A program made the translations under genes and the position numbers. Below the pieces are notes generated by a model. The model ran no database searches, was not told the DNA's origin, and worked only from the letters and a program-made list of their open reading frames with translations. From a virus, in IMG/VR virus record IMGVR_UViG_3300042731_007944, positions 32,001 to 96,000 of that record: a stretch of 64,000 nt of DNA; one strand, 5' to 3'. Shown here piece after piece: positions 1-8,858 of this stretch (position 1 is the stretch's first letter; the number at the start of each line of letters is the position of its first letter).

Positions 1-42
1 GATCCCGCAGCCATCTAACCGAAAGATAATTTTGAAATTCAT
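1..42 (-). CDS. csf3: 5' end of probable type IV-B Cas5-family subunit Csf3, truncated by the window edge
   Basis: ATG at 42-40 overlaps the cysH-like stop (ATGA). Reads MNFKIIFRLDGCGI, resembling the N-terminus of type IV-B Csf3, the one core subunit otherwise missing. Only 14 codons visible. Confidence 0.5.
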   Translation of the reverse strand, partial: MNFKIIFRLDGCGI

Positions 43-806
43 ACAATCACCCCGCGATCTCGTAATCGTTGAAATTGTTTCGGATAGTAAAAACGAATAT
101 GCTCTAAATCACCATACCTTATGCCAGTTGGGGTCGGTAATGCCCAACATAAGCGGATATCCTCAGGCGTATGAAAACGGTTATAAAAATAACAGGGGTT
201 AATTTCAATCTCATGCTCTATCAGATATGCAAAGACATCTTCAGCAGTCCATCTGCCTAATGGGCAGCATCGCCACTCACCATTTTTTAATTGGTATAGC
301 TCGCCACGTTTCGCAAGGTTCAAATACCGAGAACGACTTTCCTGAGATCGTAATCCCAAAAAAACAACAGAGCAGTCCAATTCCTGCTGCTTTTCATGTA
401 AAACTGCAAGAAATGAATCTTGCGTAAAAACATGAGTTTGGGTACAAATATTTTCAAATCCAAGCTGACATGAATACGAGCGTTCCCATACACTAAAGCC
501 AGGCTCAACTCTATGAAAATTCCATCCTTGCGCATGCGCTACCCGTTCAGCATACACTCGTTTCTCTGGCCAATCACAATCATCAAATTGAATCATGATC
601 GGCGTCTCAGGATAGAGTTCCTTGATCAAATGCGTCATGGCAGTGCTATCCTTCCCGGCACTCCAAGAAATGATGCTCTTGCCTTTCTTTTGAGCCGCAT
701 GGATAATCTTTTTTGCATAATCAAGATGTCTGAGATATTCTTGCGTTTTTGCGCGGAGTCGCCAGCGCAGGAAATTCCCTTGTTGTTTTATAAGGTGTCT
801 GTCCAT
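39..806 (-). CDS. PAPS reductase-family (CysH-like, PP-loop) protein of a type IV-B locus
   Basis: PP-loop SWSAGKDS, LGLRSQES.SR and PLGRWTAEDV motifs; in operon with csf1/csf2. Confidence 0.85.
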   Translation of the reverse strand: MDRHLIKQQGNFLRWRLRAKTQEYLRHLDYAKKIIHAAQKKGKSIISWSAGKDSTAMTHLIKELYPETPIMIQFDDCDWPEKRVYAERVAHAQGWNFHRVEPGFSVWERSYSCQLGFENICTQTHVFTQDSFLAVLHEKQQELDCSVVFLGLRSQESRSRYLNLAKRGELYQLKNGEWRCCPLGRWTAEDVFAYLIEHEIEINPCYFYNRFHTPEDIRLCWALPTPTGIRYGDLEHIRFYYPKQFQRLRDRGVIV

Positions 807-1918
807 TTTTTAATGACATCATCCGTGCGTTTTAGCTTATTTTTATATAAGATCTGCTCGCGTGTATAGTTAAACTCAAAATCTCGGTTCCATGTGATAT
901 TCCCTTCCCAATCACACAGCAGAATCCGTTTTACCATATATTTACACGCTCCCACATCGTCTGTATCACCGAATCGGCTCCATTGATACCTAAATAATTT
1001 CGAGAGATCAGGATGGATATTCTCAAGCAAAAAATCCTTATATTCTTTCCACGTTGAAAAGCGTTCAGGGAGGGCTTTAATTGAATACATCAAATTTTCA
1101 TTTGCATAAATTGCCGCAGAGTGGACTCCTTGTAAGCGTCGTTCTAATTTATCATAGGTTTCAGGTTCAAGTTCTTGTAGTGTGGCAAGGCACCTGAAGG
1201 CTTTTTCATGCACAAGATTTGATACGCGCATGGTTCTCAAATCAAGACCAAGCATATACATTTTATCATAAATCTTATTGTATTTTAGATTATTTTCTAC
1301 CAGATATTTCCAAACGTCTTTATATGTCCAATCAATGATAGGATATGCTTTATGAGGTTTATTTTTTCGACGTAACCAGAATAATTCTGAGTCTTCGCCA
1401 AACATAACAAAACGGCGATCTGGACTTTCATCAGCACGTAATCCGATAATAGAAACACTCTTTCCGGGTCGTTTTTTTAGCTGTTGCCCAACCCATAAAT
1501 TGAATTTATGAAACCTTCTGGGGTATTTTTTTTCAATATCATGAATTGCGATTGGATGCTTTTCTCTCACCCATTGTTCCCCTTGCCCCCATGCCCATAA
1601 AAATAATTGTTGATGGCTTGCAGCGTTCGTCATAAATATTGGGACTTGATACCACAAAGGGATAACGTTTGGTTGTGTCATAGCCCATTCGACCATATCA
1701 ATTGTTCCCTGATATTCGGCTTCCTGGTCTTGGAAATAAAGAATAAACTGACGAGATCTTTTGATAGCCTCTGCATTAACGAGATGGAATAGGGCAGTAC
1801 TATCTTTTCCCCCAGAAAACGATAACTGAATGTTATCATAATGGTCAAAAAGATATGTAATGCGCTTTTTGACAGCAGACAAGACATCAATTTCTCCATA
1901 TATTGCAGTCCTGCCCAT
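788..1918 (-). CDS. ibrA: IbrA-like PAPS reductase/DUF3440-family protein
   Basis: SFSGGKDS, DQEAEY, IGLRADES..R, YPIIDW, YNKIYDKMY..G, MRVS motifs; start moved to MGRTAIY after GGAGG RBS; paired with IbrB-like gene. Confidence 0.8.
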   Translation of the reverse strand: MGRTAIYGEIDVLSAVKKRITYLFDHYDNIQLSFSGGKDSTALFHLVNAEAIKRSRQFILYFQDQEAEYQGTIDMVEWAMTQPNVIPLWYQVPIFMTNAASHQQLFLWAWGQGEQWVREKHPIAIHDIEKKYPRRFHKFNLWVGQQLKKRPGKSVSIIGLRADESPDRRFVMFGEDSELFWLRRKNKPHKAYPIIDWTYKDVWKYLVENNLKYNKIYDKMYMLGLDLRTMRVSNLVHEKAFRCLATLQELEPETYDKLERRLQGVHSAAIYANENLMYSIKALPERFSTWKEYKDFLLENIHPDLSKLFRYQWSRFGDTDDVGACKYMVKRILLCDWEGNITWNRDFEFNYTREQILYKNKLKRTDDVIKKWTDTL

Positions 1919-1919
1919 A

Positions 1920-2459
1920 TTACACCTCCTCTTGAATATCTTCTCCGGCTTCGACAATTTGCCTTTCAATTGAATATGGAACGCCTAAGATTTCAGAAGC
2001 AATGCCTTTTAATCCGATCAATCGTTGAATTTCATCAAGCGTCATCCCTAATTCAGTCATAATTTTTTCTTCCGACCAGCCTTCTTTGAGTATTGTAACT
2101 AAAGAGGCTTGCAATTCAACCTCATGTTTGCCACGTGCCCGATTATGACGAATTGTTGACGCCATGCGTTCGCTAATATCCTTATTGATAACAGAGACTG
2201 GAATCATTCCTTGTTCCCTCTCAAAAATATCAACGTACATCAACATAATACTATACCGATGATAGCCATCAACAATAGTGTATTTGTCTCGTGTTTGATC
2301 ATAATAACAGACAATCGGCATGGTAAACCCATCTTGTTTGATGCTTTGGTACAAGAGATCCATTTCTCGCTTTGCTACGTGATTTGGGTTATAATCATTC
2401 GCTTCAATTTTTTCAATAGGAATAGCTTTAATATTATACACTGGACTTTGGAAATTCAT
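1920..2459 (-). CDS. ibrB: IbrB-like ParB/Srx-domain protein
   Basis: ANDYNPNHVA..E..LL..SI..DGFT.PIV, IVDGYHRY, STIRHNRARGKH. Confidence 0.85.
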   Translation of the reverse strand: MNFQSPVYNIKAIPIEKIEANDYNPNHVAKREMDLLYQSIKQDGFTMPIVCYYDQTRDKYTIVDGYHRYSIMLMYVDIFEREQGMIPVSVINKDISERMASTIRHNRARGKHEVELQASLVTILKEGWSEEKIMTELGMTLDEIQRLIGLKGIASEILGVPYSIERQIVEAGEDIQEEV

Positions 2460-3321
2460 GTTTTAATTCCTCCTGTGACGGCAGCAAATAACACAGAAAC
2501 GCATACAGCGCTGACAGGTATTTGTCCTTGGCCCACAACTCAAACGCCATCCACGTAGACAGACCGACTGTTCGCATGAGATACGGCGGACAGTCAAGCG
2601 ATTCCAACACCGTCCGCCCGATCCCATTTCGCAGCGCCCCATTCAACACCTTCCACCAGTCACGCACCTGCACCATATCCGAACAATCGACCTGCCGTTC
2701 CTCGAACAGCCAGAACCGGTGCGAACCCGTATTGACTTTGGCTAACAAACTTCCGTGCTTTTTGTAACTGGTGGTGGCATAGGCGGCCCAGTTTGAAGGG
2801 AGTTCTTCCCGAAACATCATCTCTCGCACGCCGATCCGATCTAATTCCTGAAACGTCTGTCCATCACAGAACCAGGACGACATCCGTTCCGGTTTCTTCG
2901 TGATCTTTTTCTGGGTGACATTCAAGATCGTCTCAAGTTCCTCGGTCCAGGTTCCAAGCCCGTCCCGAAACGAGGCTTCCGTGCAAAACCCTTGCGCTTC
3001 CACCGCTTTCCACAGGTTCAGCGGTGTGTGTCGAACGCCTTGTGTTAAGAGTTTCTTTTCGAGTGGTTCCGTCAAGGGTTTCGGCGCGGTCAAATAGCCA
3101 TAGTTCCAGGCGTAAAACACATCAACACTGACATATTCGCTGCCAGGGACCGCTAAGAGATCGCCATTCGTAAAGGACTTCCCTAATACGTCTTTGCGTG
3201 GCAAACAGGCCGTCTGTTGTCCCGTTACCGCACAGACGGCATTAATGGAGTTTGATGGGAGTTCCGGCAATGGAACCCCCTCATGTTGGAGCGCCTGACT
3301 AATTAGCGAACAAGGATGCAT
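2434..3321 (-). CDS. csf1: type IV Csf1 (Cas8-like) large subunit
   Basis: N-terminal CAVTG...KSFTNGDLL..PGS.YV (degenerate Zn-finger region), central SYKKHG, directly downstream of csf2. Confidence 0.7.
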   Translation of the reverse strand: MHPCSLISQALQHEGVPLPELPSNSINAVCAVTGQQTACLPRKDVLGKSFTNGDLLAVPGSEYVSVDVFYAWNYGYLTAPKPLTEPLEKKLLTQGVRHTPLNLWKAVEAQGFCTEASFRDGLGTWTEELETILNVTQKKITKKPERMSSWFCDGQTFQELDRIGVREMMFREELPSNWAAYATTSYKKHGSLLAKVNTGSHRFWLFEERQVDCSDMVQVRDWWKVLNGALRNGIGRTVLESLDCPPYLMRTVGLSTWMAFELWAKDKYLSALYAFLCYLLPSQEELKHEFPKSSV

Positions 3322-4546
3322 TTTTGAGACCTCCAATAGATTCGAGATAGTCTAAAATCTCAGATGTCTTCTCAGCGACATACGCATCATACAAGCCAGG
3401 ATCGGGATAGCCTTCCGGGAACTCGATCTTGACGTTGCCTTCCCCCTTCCGGTTTTCCGCCCCAAGTTTTCCGGATTGCTGGAAGAGAGACAGCATCTTG
3501 CCGATACAGGATCGTTCCAATTCTGTCGCATGGTCGAGGATATCAATGCCGCCATCTAAGACCGTCCCTTGCATCAGACATTCCGTATTCGCGATCATCT
3601 GGGCGCTTTTCTGCCCATCAACCCGGCCTTCATAATCGTCTTTTCGCGTCAAGAATTCCCAGGTAAACAGACTGGCTGCATTCAGATCGCCGGTATTCCA
3701 CTCTTGACAGCGAGGCTTAAAATCTAAATTATCAAACCGGCGCGGAACCGTTCGATTGCCTAATGCTGTGCCGAAAATCGACAACGGCAGGACCATGTCT
3801 CGAAATTTGTGAAGGCCCGTGGTGCGCACGGCCCCTGACCCGCTGCCAAGTTCTTTTGACAGGGCTTTGGCTTCCTGACTGTTTTCTTCCAGCTTGCCCC
3901 CGCTAAAGAGGGCGTAATAGAACCACTCGGAATACGGAGGGTTACTATGACTGGGTTGCAAGCCTAATGCCTGCGTCCAATTCCACGCTAAGAGGCGGCG
4001 ACAGTTTCCACGAATGGCATTGGCCGCATAGACGGGAAGGACTAAGATTTGTCCGGTCGTGCTTCGGCATTCCTGCCTCCGGTATAAGGTCGAATTTCCG
4101 GCCTTTTTGTCGGCCCCGTGCGCCAGCGGCGAAAGACAGGTGATCACCATCGGCAGATTTGGCGTACAGCCCGGCATGGCGGTTCCCATCTCACCCACGT
4201 CCGGGATCGTCATATCTTTTAATGCGTTATCAAAGTCTTCTTCAGTTTTCAGGGAACAACAGATCATACTCGCAACCCGTGGGTATGATCGCAGCCAGGA
4301 TAACACGCCCTGACTCTCCGAGGCGTTCACTACTGTCAGAAAATCAGCAACGGTCTTGCCTCCGATATATTCCAGTTCAACATTGACGCTTCCGGCCAGC
4401 CGTTCAATAAACCCTAACAATGACTGTTGTGTTCCGGCCTTTACGATCTGGTCGGTGTAGTAATCAGCAAACCCGCGATGGAGTTTGATGTTGGATGCGC
4501 GGGAAATCGCCCGCATCATTGACATCGTTGCGTGTAATGTACTCAT
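3299..4546 (-). CDS. csf2: type IV Csf2 (Cas7 RAMP) with N-terminal helical Cas11-like domain
   Basis: ITCLSPLAHG, LPVYAANAIRG..RRL, LFSGGKL, LSIFGT, Gly-rich LGAENRKGEG loop; about 120-aa N-terminal extension. Confidence 0.8.
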   Translation of the reverse strand: MSTLHATMSMMRAISRASNIKLHRGFADYYTDQIVKAGTQQSLLGFIERLAGSVNVELEYIGGKTVADFLTVVNASESQGVLSWLRSYPRVASMICCSLKTEEDFDNALKDMTIPDVGEMGTAMPGCTPNLPMVITCLSPLAHGADKKAGNSTLYRRQECRSTTGQILVLPVYAANAIRGNCRRLLAWNWTQALGLQPSHSNPPYSEWFYYALFSGGKLEENSQEAKALSKELGSGSGAVRTTGLHKFRDMVLPLSIFGTALGNRTVPRRFDNLDFKPRCQEWNTGDLNAASLFTWEFLTRKDDYEGRVDGQKSAQMIANTECLMQGTVLDGGIDILDHATELERSCIGKMLSLFQQSGKLGAENRKGEGNVKIEFPEGYPDPGLYDAYVAEKTSEILDYLESIGGLKNASLFAN

Positions 4547-4992
4547 AATAATTTTTCCTTTCGCAGCCGACATAATTTAATCCGACACGCCAGGCGGCTG
4601 CGACCTTCCGGGCGTATTCCGTTTTTCACGAGTTCACGTTCTTGCGGGGTCCAGGTGGTATGTTCCACCGGGTTCCCGTGATGCTTGCGCGTCTGCATCA
4701 CAAGCAGACAATCTTCCAGGTCTTTGAGCGAGTGCCGCCAGTACCACCATTTCTGCCACCCTCTGCGTCGCGCCCCGCGCCGACCTTTGAGCCACCCCTT
4801 TTTCCGCCAGACATGGACGGTAGATCGGTCAACGTGCATCAGATCCGCGATATCCTGCGTGGAGAGCTTTCGCCGGGTGTAGTCTCGCGGTAAGCGCTGT
4901 CGAAAATTCGCCGGATAAAACAGGTGATCCGGCGTGCCCACATTGCACGGAATGCCCATTGCGTGTGAGACGCCTTCCTGGTACGCCGTCAT
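4543..4992 (-). CDS. HTH DNA-binding protein (excisionase/MerR-like HTH)
   Basis: LSTQDIADLMHVDRSTVHVWRKKGWL; overlaps csf2 start. Confidence 0.6.
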   Translation of the reverse strand: MTAYQEGVSHAMGIPCNVGTPDHLFYPANFRQRLPRDYTRRKLSTQDIADLMHVDRSTVHVWRKKGWLKGRRGARRRGWQKWWYWRHSLKDLEDCLLVMQTRKHHGNPVEHTTWTPQERELVKNGIRPEGRSRLACRIKLCRLRKEKLL

Positions 4993-5180
4993 GTTTCCTG
5001 TTCAAACTCCCGCAACAGCGCTTTCCTGACGCGCTCCGGGCCATCCTCCTCTGTTAAAATGTGCTGTTTCAATTCAGGCGGTATGCGGACGGTGTAGTTC
5101 ACCATTGCTTCGTCATAGATCGGCGGACGTCCCGATCCGCCAGCGTGTCCTTTTGTGCCGCGACTGCCCTTTCCGCCCAT
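4989..5180 (-). CDS. small ribbon-helix-helix-like regulator, first gene of the type IV operon
   Basis: GRPP..MVNYTVRIPPELK; ATG lies 6 nt after the -10 box (leaderless). Confidence 0.5.
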   Translation of the reverse strand: MGGKGSRGTKGHAGGSGRPPIYDEAMVNYTVRIPPELKQHILTEEDGPERVRKALLREFEQET

Positions 5181-5186
5181 ATCCAG

Positions 5187-5227
5187 AGGCTAGATCGGGT
5201 TTCTAATTTTGTCAAGCAGAATTAGAA
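5187..5227 (-). promoter_or_regulatory. sigma70 promoter of the type IV operon with overlapping inverted repeat
   Basis: TTGACA(5215-5210)-17 bp-TAGCCT; TTCTAATT (5201-5208) and AATTAGAA (5220-5227) flank the -35 box. Confidence 0.55.
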
Positions 5228-5255
5228 AAAAAGGCCCGAAGCGAGAACTTCGGGC
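5226..5255 (-). terminator. intrinsic terminator
   Basis: GCCCGAAG-loop-CTTCGGGC followed by a T-run on the minus strand. Confidence 0.7.
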
Positions 5256-5262
5256 ACGCTGG

Positions 5263-5634
5263 CTAGAGATTGTAATGTAGCGTCACCGTGTTGCAGCCAT
5301 CAAAATCAAACTGCAATAATTTCTGCACATCGCCCTCACTCGTCAAGACCCATTCTCCAGGCGCAAGCTCAAACACTTGCGATTTATCGTGCTGCACATA
5401 GTGCTGGCACCAGGAGACTAATTCTTCCGTTGACGGGTCGCCAGAGGGATTAATAATCACAATATCTTCTTGTTGAATGATTAACGGTGACTCAACATTA
5501 GAACCGTGATATTTCAAGAAATACAACGTGCCTCGCCGTTGGATATAGCCCTCCAGCCGATCCGTCGTAATATTTTCTCCAGATGCCATTGACAGCACGG
5601 CCTGCACAAACTCATGTGCTGGTACAGTTTTCAT
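5263..5634 (-). CDS. hypothetical protein
   Basis: ORF from MKTVPAH with GGAG RBS, overlapping the upstream stop. Confidence 0.55.
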   Translation of the reverse strand: MKTVPAHEFVQAVLSMASGENITTDRLEGYIQRRGTLYFLKYHGSNVESPLIIQQEDIVIINPSGDPSTEELVSWCQHYVQHDKSQVFELAPGEWVLTSEGDVQKLLQFDFDGCNTVTLHYNL

Positions 5635-5894
5635 GGCGTTTTCTCCTTTTTTTTCTTCGCGTCCCGCCGTGCCTTTGCCCGCAATTGCGCGGCTCGGCGC
5701 TGGCAGTACCGTGAGCAATATTTTTTCTGCTTCAGATCCCTGGCGTTCGTGATCTCGAAGAGTTTCCCGCATTCACTGAACGCACAGTGGCGCGTGACTA
5801 ACAATTCCGGTTTCTGGTTTAACACGGGAACCGCCGCCCGAAAGACGGTGTACCCCCGCGCTTGCAGGAATTGAATGGCGTCGGCTTCCGTCAT
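5631..5894 (-). CDS. small Cys-rich (C..C / KYCS..C) zinc-binding protein
   Basis: CAFSECGKLF...KKYCSRYCQ; coupled by ATGA overlaps. Confidence 0.6.
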   Translation of the reverse strand: MTEADAIQFLQARGYTVFRAAVPVLNQKPELLVTRHCAFSECGKLFEITNARDLKQKKYCSRYCQRRAAQLRAKARRDAKKKKEKTP

Positions 5895-6508
5895 CGTTGC
5901 GCCTCCTTCGAGCGCAACTCGTCCAGAAACGCCAGCGCCGCGTCGGGTGGAATTTCCCGAAATTTTCCGACCTTTTCCGACCGCAACAGGTCGCGCTGAA
6001 TCCGGCCTCGAATCAGCGACAACATCCGATCCGGATCGGTTTCGCCCGTGACGGAAATCGCCGCCTGCGCCAATTCCTCAATCGAATACGGCGCGGTGCG
6101 CTGCGAAACGACCACTTGCACCTCCTCCGGCAGATCGGCCAGATCCTCGACCCAAATAATCGGCTGCCCGACGCCGGGATACGCCTCATCCAGCCAGGTA
6201 GACGGCAGAAAATCAGGAACGTCAACGTCTTCCTTGAGAATCCGGACACCCCAATTCCCACCGTAGACGAGATACCCGTCCGCCGGATCGCCCGTGGTGC
6301 TCAGGGCCACGCCGACCCGTGCATGCACGACACGCACAGGGCAGACCGGCTGCCCGACGAGATCGGTCAGACCGATGACTGTGTATTGATCGCCGTCCTC
6401 GCCAAATGGCAACAGCAGGCTGTCACCTAACCAGGTCGGCGAGAGTTCGTTGACGGTCATGAGCGGCATCCCGCCGCAATTACTCGACTTTTTGACGTAC
6501 AATTGCAT
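5891..6508 (-). CDS. hypothetical protein with C-terminal HTH-like region (start may be 6460)
   Basis: YSIEELAQ...IRGRIQRDLLRSEKVGK. Confidence 0.55.
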   Translation of the reverse strand: MQLYVKKSSNCGGMPLMTVNELSPTWLGDSLLLPFGEDGDQYTVIGLTDLVGQPVCPVRVVHARVGVALSTTGDPADGYLVYGGNWGVRILKEDVDVPDFLPSTWLDEAYPGVGQPIIWVEDLADLPEEVQVVVSQRTAPYSIEELAQAAISVTGETDPDRMLSLIRGRIQRDLLRSEKVGKFREIPPDAALAFLDELRSKEAQR

Positions 6509-6523
6509 AAGATAAACCCTTCT

Positions 6524-6602
6524 TCAGGCCCAACCGGTTCTATTCGCATCTGCTGGCGAATGGTGTCCCATTCTTCATGCGAATAGAACCGGTTGGGCCT
6601 GA
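6524..6602. repeat. perfect 26-bp inverted repeat with 27-nt spacer
   Basis: TCAGGCCCAACCGGTTCTATTCGCAT (6524-6549) and its exact reverse complement (6577-6602). Confidence 0.95.
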
Positions 6603-6658
6603 CAGGGATAAGTATATTTGCAAGAATAAAGATCGATCTGGACATCCGGATCAATCTC

Positions 6659-7144
6659 TTATGTTCGCGCTTTTTCTACAATCTCATCACACATGCGATG
6701 AGATTGGCCTTCGTCATGGCTCTGCCGGTTCCATCTTTCTGCAACAGGGAGCCATCCCAAGGCTTCCTGCTCAGCTTCCGGACGTGATGCCCAGGCCAAA
6801 AAGATCTGACAGGCATCTATATTGTTGCCCGAAAGATATGCCCGTTGATACGAGTCGAAACATTTCCATATCTGGAGATAACAACGAGTATGGTTCACAA
6901 GAAAAGTTAACACCTTTCCGTGGACGATGTGGAATTCAATCTCTTTATTCTGCTCTTGAATTCGATATTCAAGAGCAGAAACAAGATTTTCTCGTTCATT
7001 AAGCATCTCTTGCATGGCAAACGATGCATTTGAACCGAGAAAATTTCCTTTTTTATCCCACCAACCATGTATCTCCCCTTCCTCCTCGTACCCTTTTCGA
7101 TAAGTGCAAGAAAGGGATTTTAATAACTCTGAAATATATCTCAT
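6659..7144 (-). CDS. hypothetical protein
   Basis: ORF with AAGGAGG RBS. Confidence 0.55.
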   Translation of the reverse strand: MRYISELLKSLSCTYRKGYEEEGEIHGWWDKKGNFLGSNASFAMQEMLNERENLVSALEYRIQEQNKEIEFHIVHGKVLTFLVNHTRCYLQIWKCFDSYQRAYLSGNNIDACQIFLAWASRPEAEQEALGWLPVAERWNRQSHDEGQSHRMCDEIVEKART

Positions 7145-7259
7145 CTTTATCCTCCTTGTAGTGCCCGCCTTGCCTCCGGGGGCGGGCTGACCCGGATTGT
7201 GTTCGATCCCTTACAGGGGTTTCAGGGGCCTCTTCGGAGGCCCCATCCCTTTCGACTGA

Positions 7260-7670
7260 TTACTTGCCGCACATGACGGCATCGAACAGATCGAAATTTT
7301 CTTGCTGCTGTACATATTTCCAGATTGCCTGTTCCATTCCACCACAAAAATCAGAATATTCTTTTTCATGCTCATCTTTCCATGATCCCAATTTTTCGGC
7401 CAGATCTCGCAATTCCTGCGTGCCTCGACCCGGATTCCGAGGCTGAATACAGATTTGTACTACGCTATCAGATCCCCAGTATTCAGCATCCCAGGTATCA
7501 TCAATTTCCAACTCACTATTGTCAATGGCGGTTGACACCCATTCTGGAAGCCCTTCATACAGGGCATCAAACTCCGGGACAATCCCTAAATCCGTGCATA
7601 ATTCCGCTTCAAAAATCGCAGTGCTCAGGCTCTTGCTTTCGATAATGTCTTGAATTTCTTGCTTGTTCAT
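7260..7670 (-). CDS. acidic hypothetical protein
   Basis: AGGAG RBS; downstream of TTGACA-16-TATATT promoter (about 7719-7746). Confidence 0.65.
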   Translation of the reverse strand: MNKQEIQDIIESKSLSTAIFEAELCTDLGIVPEFDALYEGLPEWVSTAIDNSELEIDDTWDAEYWGSDSVVQICIQPRNPGRGTQELRDLAEKLGSWKDEHEKEYSDFCGGMEQAIWKYVQQQENFDLFDAVMCGK

Positions 7671-7899
7671 CTCGTTTCTCCTTGTTGAAAATTATTCTTT
7701 TTGTGAATACTATAAATCAATATATAGCATATTATCTTTTTGTCAAGTATTATTTCTATAAATTTGTAAAATATTTTAGACACAAAAAGATAACAACACC
7801 GAAAACACCACTCTAGTAGGCAAACCCAGGCAAGAAAAACAACAGGCAGGACACACAAAAAAGGCCGGGATCGATCTCGACCCCGACCCTCTCAACTCA

Positions 7900-8178
7900 T
7901 CACGACAGCCGCCAGATCGCAAACCGCCACATGACCCTCCACGCAAACACCCAATAGACGGCCAGCGCCAGCACACTCATCGCGACCGGACCATTACATT
8001 TCGCGCCCGGCGACAACAGCAGCCACAGATGCCAGCTTGTGATAAGACAGGCGGAACTCACCCCGATCCCTTTCCAGGATCGCACCATTCCGGCCAATAC
8101 GAGAATCAGCAGCAGATAGAGATTCAACAGACAGTGACCAAGCGACACGACGACCAATACATGATATAGTTTTGACAT
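7900..8178 (-). CDS. small multi-pass membrane protein
   Basis: Start moved to MSKLYHVL (AAGGAAGGG RBS); three hydrophobic segments; hairpin plus T-run at about 7856-7888. Confidence 0.55.
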   Translation of the reverse strand: MSKLYHVLVVVSLGHCLLNLYLLLILVLAGMVRSWKGIGVSSACLITSWHLWLLLSPGAKCNGPVAMSVLALAVYWVFAWRVMWRFAIWRLS

Positions 8179-8251
8179 AGGCAATTCCCTTCCTTGAGTG
8201 TTCAAAAAATGAAACCAGGTGATCGCACCACACAAACCCGTTGCTACGTAT

Positions 8252-8267
8252 AGCAAGCGACGTGCCA
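8252..8267 (-). promoter_or_regulatory. sigma54 (-24/-12) promoter
   Basis: TGGCAC-GTCGC-TTGCT, an exact match to the TGGCAC-N5-TTGCW consensus. Confidence 0.75.
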
Positions 8268-8296
8268 TTTACTCTAAGTCGTGTGTTTCTTTGCCG

Positions 8297-8313
8297 TTGG
8301 CGTAATTCTTGCA
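8297..8313 (+). promoter_or_regulatory. sigma54 (-24/-12) promoter, divergent
   Basis: TTGGCGTAATTCTTGCA: GG-N10-GC with TGGC and TTGCA. Confidence 0.6.
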
Positions 8314-8346
8314 GTGTCCGCTCATGTAAAAAGGGGGAAGGAACTG

Positions 8347-8541
8347 ATGGCGATCTGTGTTGAGTGCCAGGAGGAACAGGCAACGGTGCTTATCGAGTTC
8401 GACGACGACGGGCCGCATCGTGTGGCACTGTGCCAGAAATGCCTTGAGTCTTACCGGATCATCTTAGGCGAGTTTAAAGAGATGGATCTCCCTACAAAAC
8501 CGGGAGATCCGAGCGTTGATTTGTTGCATTTCGATCCCTAA
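8347..8541 (+). CDS. small CxxC...CxxC zinc-binding protein
   Basis: MAICVECQ...ALCQKC; strong purine-rich RBS. Confidence 0.6.
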   Translation: MAICVECQEEQATVLIEFDDDGPHRVALCQKCLESYRIILGEFKEMDLPTKPGDPSVDLLHFDP

Positions 8542-8858
8542 TACCACAACGTAGGGAAGCGTCGCTCTTTCGAGACAGAATTTTTGTTATTTTAAATTCA
8601 AACAAGACGTCTTACTTAGAGTAGCAAGTGATATGAGGTTCTGTCACCATTCCACGACACGGATCGGTACATAACGACACTTTTCAAGGAAATCTTTCGA
8701 TGACAACGAGAATTTTTTTGTACGATGTCAGAATTTTTGAAACAAATTGCCCGGATACGCTGTTTTTGGGCTTGACAAAAGCCCAGGCCGTGGCGCTGGT
8801 GGCGTTTCTGAAGCAACAAGACATCGCCTACGTGGTGAAGCCGAAGCTCCAACCGGCC

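Noticed and set aside
1-8000. CRISPR array for the type IV locus
   Set aside because: No regularly spaced direct repeats seen here or elsewhere in the window; one could lie beyond the left edge
8179-8268. ORF-track start MARRLLY for the 7900-8268 ORF
   Set aside because: That ATG lies within the sigma54 promoter; the RBS-supported start is 8178
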